Shown here: in pieces, positions 62,712-64,000 of the stretch
How the letters are laid out: every line of letters begins with the position of its first letter
Position numbering within the stretch: position 1 is the first letter of the stretch
DNA from: Alphaproteobacteria bacterium
Lineage (GTDB): Bacteria; Pseudomonadota; Alphaproteobacteria; MPNO01
DNA length: 64,000 nucleotides
Direction: 5' to 3'
Assembly (NCBI GenBank): GCA_964291675.2
Contig: OZ219866.1
Span: 992,001-1,056,000 of the forward strand
Notes under the pieces: generated by a model
Told to the model about the DNA's origin: nothing
What the model saw: only the letters and a program-made list of their open reading frames with translations
Databases searched by the model: none
Translations under genes and position numbers: made by a program

Positions 62712-62878
62712 GCGCGCGCGGCCGGGCGGGCCCGAGACGGTGACGATGGGCGCATGGAGGCTCCGGCGCAGAGCCGCCCGGGCGCCGCGCGCCCGTTCCG
62801 AACGCGGGACGATTTCATTTTGAACACGCATGCATGGCGCGCCGCACAGGGCGGCGCGCCGTCAGGAAGGATGGAAGA

Positions 62879-64000
62879 ATGTTTACGATTCATCGGAAGG
62901 AACTGACCTGGGGCGGCCGCAAGCTGGTCATCGAGACCGGCCGGCTCGCCCGTCAGGCGGACGGCGCCGTGCTCGTGACCTATGGCGAGACCACCGTGCT
63001 CTGCACCGCCGTGGCTGAGAACCAGCCCCGCGCGGGCATCGATTTCTTTCCGCTCACGGTCAACTACCAGGAAAAGGCCTTTGCGGCCGGGCGCATCCCG
63101 GGCGGCTTCTTCAAGCGCGAAGGCCGCCCGTCGGAGAAGGAAACCCTGACCTCGCGGCTGATCGACCGGCCGATCCGCCCGCTGTTCGCCAGCGGCTTCC
63201 GCAACGAGACGCAGGTCATCTGCACCGTCCTCAGCCACGATCTCGAGAACGATCCCGACATCCCGGCCCTGGTCGGCAGCTCGGCCGCGCTGACCATCTC
63301 CGGGATACCCTTCCTCGGGCCGATCTTCGGCGCCCGGATCGGCTATGTCGCCGGCGAGTATGTGCTCAACCCGCGCATCGACGAGCTGGAGAACTCGACC
63401 CTCGACATGGTGGTCGCCGGTACCGCGGACGCGGTGCTGATGGTCGAGTCGGAAGCCCGGTCGCTGTCCGAGGAGGAGATGCTGGGCGCGGTGATGTTCG
63501 CCCAGAGGGAGAGCCGTCCGGTCGTCGAGGCGATCATCTCGCTCGCCGAGGACTGCGCCAAGGAGCCCTGGGATCTGGATCCGGCCGATCCGGCGCAGGC
63601 CGGGATCGAGGAGCAGGTGCGCGCGCTCGCCGAGGCGCCGCTGCGCGAGGCCTATGCCGAGCGGATCAAGCAGTCGCGGGTGGACAAGATCGCCCAGGCC
63701 AAGGCGGCGGCGCTTGAGGCGCTCGCCGAGACCCACCCGGCCGATGCCGTCGCCGGCGCGCTCAAGACGGTCGAGAAGGACATCGTCCGCAACGCGATCC
63801 TCGACACCGGCGACCGGATCGACGGGCGGGACACCAGGACCGTCAGGCCGATCGAGGCCGAGGTCGGCATCCTGCCCAGGCTGCACGGCAGCGCCCTGTT
63901 CACCCGCGGCGAGACGCAGGCGCTGGTGGTGGCGACGCTCGGCACCGGCCAGGACGAGCAGATCGTCGACGCCCTCGAAGGCGAGTACCGCGAGCATTTC
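62879..64000 (+). CDS. pnp: Polyribonucleotide nucleotidyltransferase (partial, runs off the window)
   Basis: Not in the ORF track. ATG 62879 reads [31 protein letters not shown]...[28 protein letters not shown]...[11 protein letters not shown]. Confidence 0.97.
   Translation, partial: MFTIHRKELTWGGRKLVIETGRLARQADGAVLVTYGETTVLCTAVAENQPRAGIDFFPLTVNYQEKAFAAGRIPGGFFKREGRPSEKETLTSRLIDRPIRPLFASGFRNETQVICTVLSHDLENDPDIPALVGSSAALTISGIPFLGPIFGARIGYVAGEYVLNPRIDELENSTLDMVVAGTADAVLMVESEARSLSEEEMLGAVMFAQRESRPVVEAIISLAEDCAKEPWDLDPADPAQAGIEEQVRALAEAPLREAYAERIKQSRVDKIAQAKAAALEALAETHPADAVAGALKTVEKDIVRNAILDTGDRIDGRDTRTVRPIEAEVGILPRLHGSALFTRGETQALVVATLGTGQDEQIVDALEGEYREHF

Overview
High-GC alphaproteobacterial chromosome segment. 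The two-piece tmRNA with an ANDN tag, sspB-alpha, cenR and the conserved gene order point to a Rhodospirillales-like lineage (inference). Positions ~1-12,900 are accessory metabolism and signalling: a Rid / TauD-type dioxygenase / minimal reductive-dehalogenase-like (cobalamin, 2x4Fe-4S) operon, a BrnT-BrnA toxin-antitoxin pair, an amidase with a frameshifted atypical SDR, an orphan CoxL/XdhA-like molybdoprotein, cenR with an L,D-transpeptidase, a second Rid, a REP-like palindrome, and a CBS-BON / CBS-DUF294 nucleotidyltransferase / membrane-anchored DEDDh exonuclease trio. The rest is mostly core genome: thyA, permuted ssrA, sspB, dapB, ada, nth, bactofilin, typA, phoR-pstSCAB-phoU-phoB, mutS-glnD-murJ-trpS, a three-gene cell-wall cassette (Bax-like glucosaminidase, probably inactive deacetylase, DdpX), tsaB-rimI, fur-olsB-olsA-miaB-phoH-ybeY-corC-lnt, XRE regulator-metK-trmB, and rimP-nusA-ylxR-infB-rbfA-truB-rpsO-pnp (truncated by the window end). 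I saw no CRISPR array, integrase, transposase, rRNA or tRNA. All calls come from motif recognition by eye; no searches were run.
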